Shown here: piece by piece, positions 60,190 to 64,000 of the stretch
How the letters are laid out: each line of letters begins with the position of its first letter
Numbering within the stretch: position 1 is the stretch's first letter
NCBI RefSeq assembly: GCF_018350175.1
Contig: NC_058368.1
Location: forward strand, 136,526,001 to 136,590,000
Reading direction: 5' to 3'
DNA from: Felis catus
Taxonomy: Eukaryota
DNA: 64,000 nt
The notes under the pieces: generated by a model
What the model saw: the letters and a program-made list of their open reading frames with translations, nothing else
Told to the model about the DNA's origin: nothing
Databases searched by the model: none
Position numbers and translations under genes: made by a program

Positions 60190-63100
60190 TTTCTTTCTTT
60201 TTTTTATATATATATGAAATTTATTGACAAATTGGTTTCCATACAACACCCAGTGCTCATCCCAAAAGGTGCCCTCCTCAATACCCATCACCCACCCTCT
60301 CCTCCCTCCCACCCCCCATCAACCCTCCGTTTGTTCTCAGTTTTTAACAGTCTCTTATGCTTTGGCTCTCTCCCACTCTAACCTCTTTTTTTTTTTCCTT
60401 CCCCTCCCCCATGGGTTCCTGTTAAGTTTCTCAGGATCCACATAAGAGTAAAACCATATGGTATCTATCTTTCTCTGTATGGCTTATTTCACTTAGCATC
60501 ACACTCTCCAGTTCCATCCACGTTGCTACAAAGGGCCATATTTCATTTTTTCTCATTGCCACGTAGTATTCCATTGTGTATATAAACCACAATTTCTTTA
60601 TCCATTCATCAGTTGATGGACATTTAGACTCTTTCCATAATTTGGCTATTGTTGAGAGTGCTGCTATGAACACTGGGGTACAAGTGCCCCTATGCATCAG
60701 TACTCCTGTATCCCTTGGATAAATTCCTAGCAGTGCTATTGCTGGGTCATAGGGTAGGTCTATTTTTAATTTTCTGAGGAACCTCCACACTGCTTTCCAG
60801 AGCGGCTGCACCAATTTACATTCCCACCAACAGTGCAAGAGGGTTCCCGTTTCTCCACATCCTCTCCAGCATCTATAGTCTCCTGATTTGTTCATTTTGG
60901 CCACTCTGACTGGCGTGAGGTGATAGCTGAGTGTGGTTTTGATTTGTATTTCCCTGATAAGGAGCGACGCTGAACATCTTTTCATGTGCCTGTTGGCCAT
61001 CCGGATGTCTTCTTTAGAGAAGTGTCTATTCATGTTTTCTGCCCATTTCTTCACTGGGTTATTTGTTTTTCGGGTGTGGAGTTTGGTGAGCTCTTTATAG
61101 ATTTTGGATACTAGCCCTTTGTCTGATATGTCATTTGCGAATATCTTTTCCCATTCCGTTGGTTGCCTTTTAGTTTTGTTGGTTGTTTCCTTTGCTGTGC
61201 AGAAGCTTTTTATCTTCATAAGGTCCCAGTAATTCACTTTTGCTTTTAATTCCCTTGCCTTTGGGGATGTGTCAAGTAAGAGATTGCTACAGCTGAGGTC
61301 AGAGAGGTCTTTTGCTGCTTTCTCCTCTAAGGTTTTGATGGTTTCCTGTCTCACATTCAGGTCCTTTATCCATTTTGAGTTTATTTTTGTGAATGGTGTG
61401 AGAAAGTGGTCTAGTTTCAACCTTCTGCATGTTGCTGTCCAGTTCTCCCAGCACCATTTGTTAAAGAGGCTGTCTTTTTTCCATTGGATGATCTTTCCTG
61501 CTTTGTCAAAGATGAGTTGGCCATACGTTTGTGGGTCTAGTTCTGGGGTTTCTATTCTATTCCATTGGTCTATGTGTCTGTTTTTGTGCCAATACCATGC
61601 TGTCTTGATGATTACAGCTTTGTAGTAGAGGCTAAAGTCTGGGATTGTGATGCCTCCTGCTTTGGTCTTCTTCAAAATTCCTTTGGCTATTCAGGGCCTT
61701 TTGTGGTTCCATATGAATTTTAGGATTGCTTGTTCTAGTTTCGAGAAGAATGCTGGTGCAATTTTGATTGGGATTGCATTGAATGTGTAGATAGCTTTGG
61801 GTAGTATTGACATTTTGACAATATTTATTCTTCCAATCCATGAGCAGGGAATGTCTTTCCATTTCTTTAAATCTTTAAATCAATTACCTTCATAAGCTTT
61901 CTATAGTTTTCAGCATACAGGTCCTTTACATCTTTGGTTAGATTTATTCCTAGGTATTTTATGCTTCTTGGTGCAATTGTGAATGGGATCAGTTTCTTTA
62001 TTTGTCTTTCTGTTGCTTCATTGTTAGTGTATAAGAATGCAACTGATTTCTGTACATTGATTTTGTATCCTGCAACTTTGCTGAATTCATGTATCAGTTC
62101 TAGCAGACTTTTGGTGGAGTCTATCGGATTTTCCATGTATAATATCATGTCATCTGCAAAAAGCGAAAGCTTGACTTCATCTTTGCCAATTTTGATGCCT
62201 TTGATTTCCTTTTGTTGTCTGATTGCTGATGCTAGAACTTCCAGCACTATGTTAAACAGCAGAGGTGAGAGTGGGCATCCCTGTCGTGTTCCTGATCTCA
62301 GGGAAAAAGCTCTCAGTTTTTCCCCGTTGAGGATGATGTTAGCTGTGGGCTTTTCATAAATGGCTTTTATGATCTTTAAGTATGTTCCTTCTATCCCGAC
62401 TTTCTCAAGGGTTTTTATTAAGAAAGGGTGCTGGATTTTGTCAAAGGCCTTTTCTGCATCGATTGACAGGATCATATGGTTCTTCTCTTTTGTTTTGTTA
62501 ATGTGATGTATCACGTTGATTGATTTGCGAATGTTGAACCAGCCCTGCATCCCAAGAATGAATCCCACTTGATCATGGTGAATAATTCTTTTTATATGCC
62601 GTTGAATTCGATTTGCTAGTATCTTATTGAGAATTTTTGCATCCATATTCATCAGGGATATTGGCCTGTAGTTCTCTTTTTTTATTGGGTCTCTGTCTGG
62701 TTTAGGAATCAAAGCAATACTGGCTTCATAGAATGAGTCTGGAAGTTTTCCTTCCCTTTCTATTTCTTGGAATAGCTTGAGAAGGATAGGTATTATCTCT
62801 GCTTTAAACGTCTGGTAGAACTCCCCTGGGAAGCCATCTGGTCCTGGACTCTTATTTGTTGGGAGATTTTTGATAACCGATTCAATTTCTTCGCTGGTTA
62901 TGGGTCGGTTCAAGCTTTCTATTTCCTCCTGATTGAGTTTTGGAAGAGTGTGGGTGTTCAGGAATTTGTCCATTTCTTCCAGGTTGTCCAATTTGTTGGC
63001 ATATAATTTTTCATAGTATTCCCTGATAATTGTTTGTATCTCTGAGGGATTGGTTGTAATAATTCCATTTTCATTCATGATTTTATCTATTTGGGTCATC

Positions 63101-64000
63101 TCCCTTTTCTTTTTGAGAAGCCTGGCTAGAGGTTTGTCAATTTTGTTTATTTTTTCAAAAAACCAACTCTTTGTTTCGTTGATCTGCTCTACAGTTTTTT
63201 TAGATTCTATATTGTTTATTTCTGCTCTGATCTTTATTATTTCTCTTCTTCTGCTGGGTTTAGGCTGCCTTTGCTGTTCTGCTTCTAGTTCCTTTAGGTG
63301 TGCTGTTAGATTTTGTATTTGGGATTTTTCTTGTTTCTTGAGATAGGCCTGGATTGCAATGTATTTTCCTCTCAGGACTGCCTTCGCTGCGTCCCACAGC
63401 GTTTGGATTGTTGTATTTTCATTTTTGTTTGTTTCCATATATTTTTTAATTTCTTCTCTAATTGCCTGGTTGACCCACTCATTCGTTAGTAGGGAGTTCT
63501 TTAACCTCCATGCTTTTGGAGGTTTTCCAGACTTTTTTCTGTGGTTGATTTCAAGCTTCATAGCATTGTGGTCTGAAAGTATGCATGGTATAATTTCAAT
63601 TCTTGTAAACTTATGAAGGGCTGTTTTGTGACCCAGTATATGATCTATCTTGGAGAATGTTCCATGTGCACTCGAGAAGAAAGTATATTCTGTTGCTTTG
63701 GGATGTAGAGTTCTAAATATATCTGTCAAGTCCATCTGATCCAATGTCTCATTCAGGGCTCTTGTTTCTTTATTGACTGTGTGTCTAGATGATCTATCCA
63801 TTTCTGTAAGTGGGGTGTTAAAGTCCCCTGCAATTACCACATTCTTATCAATAAGGTTGCTTATGTTTATGAGTAATTGTTTTATATATTTGGGGGCTCC
63901 GGTATTCAGCGCATAGACATTTATAATTGTTAGCTCTTCCTGATGGATAGACCCTGTAACTATTATATAATGTCCTTCTTCATCTCTTGTTACAGCCTTT
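60190..64000 (-). mobile_element. Young feline L1, 3' 3.8 kb (continues off the right edge)
   Basis: Nearly intact ORF2, G-rich 3'UTR (~60190-60430), T-tract at 60190-60205. Confidence 0.98.
60431..63999 (-). pseudogene. L1 ORF2p (endonuclease / reverse transcriptase / CCHC), disrupted by one frameshift and one nonsense codon
   Basis: EN motifs GDFN and SDH; RT motifs QGCPLSP and [22 protein letters not shown]. Frame open from the window edge to 61867, frameshift at ~61875, TGA at 61691-61693, then 414 codons to the natural end. Confidence 0.96.

Noticed and set aside
1..64000. Short ORFs (60-180 aa) of the six-frame track as host genes
   Set aside because: None resembles a protein I recognise apart from L1/ERVL relics. 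Many are antisense or off-frame readings of SINEs and L1s or start at TTG/GTG, and no consistent exon chain is visible.
58288..64000. The L1 5' piece and the young L1 as one inverted or rearranged element
   Set aside because: Both are minus-strand in the wrong order for twin priming, ~380 bp of unique DNA separates them, and the 5' piece is more decayed.

Overview
Mammalian, almost certainly felid (cat-like), non-coding genomic DNA. The assignment rests on tRNA-derived carnivore SINEs (SINEC/Can-SINE, three of them young feline-type copies) and carnivore LINE-1. I found no host protein-coding exon, RNA gene or CRISPR-like array. The only long ORFs (60431-61675 and 61867-63840, minus) are two pieces of the ORF2 of a young L1 that runs off the right edge. 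The window is dominated by layered transposons: 15 SINECs, several L1 generations (including a ~10 kb nested L1-in-L1 stack at 33.6-43.9 kb), three ancient ERVL/LTR16-type relics, a solo LTR, MIR/L2 fragments and DNA transposons (MER58-like, Tigger2-like). A few motif-rich unique stretches between them are candidate enhancers. I do not see a convincing new biological system. The most unusual signals are insertion and repair architectures: a poly(A)-less L1+SINE block joined at the near-homologous position of an older L1, a tailless young SINE with a perfect TSD, an orphan L1 promoter, and several templated-insertion scars. Repeat family names come from recalled consensus sequences rather than a search, and boundaries of old repeats are approximate.
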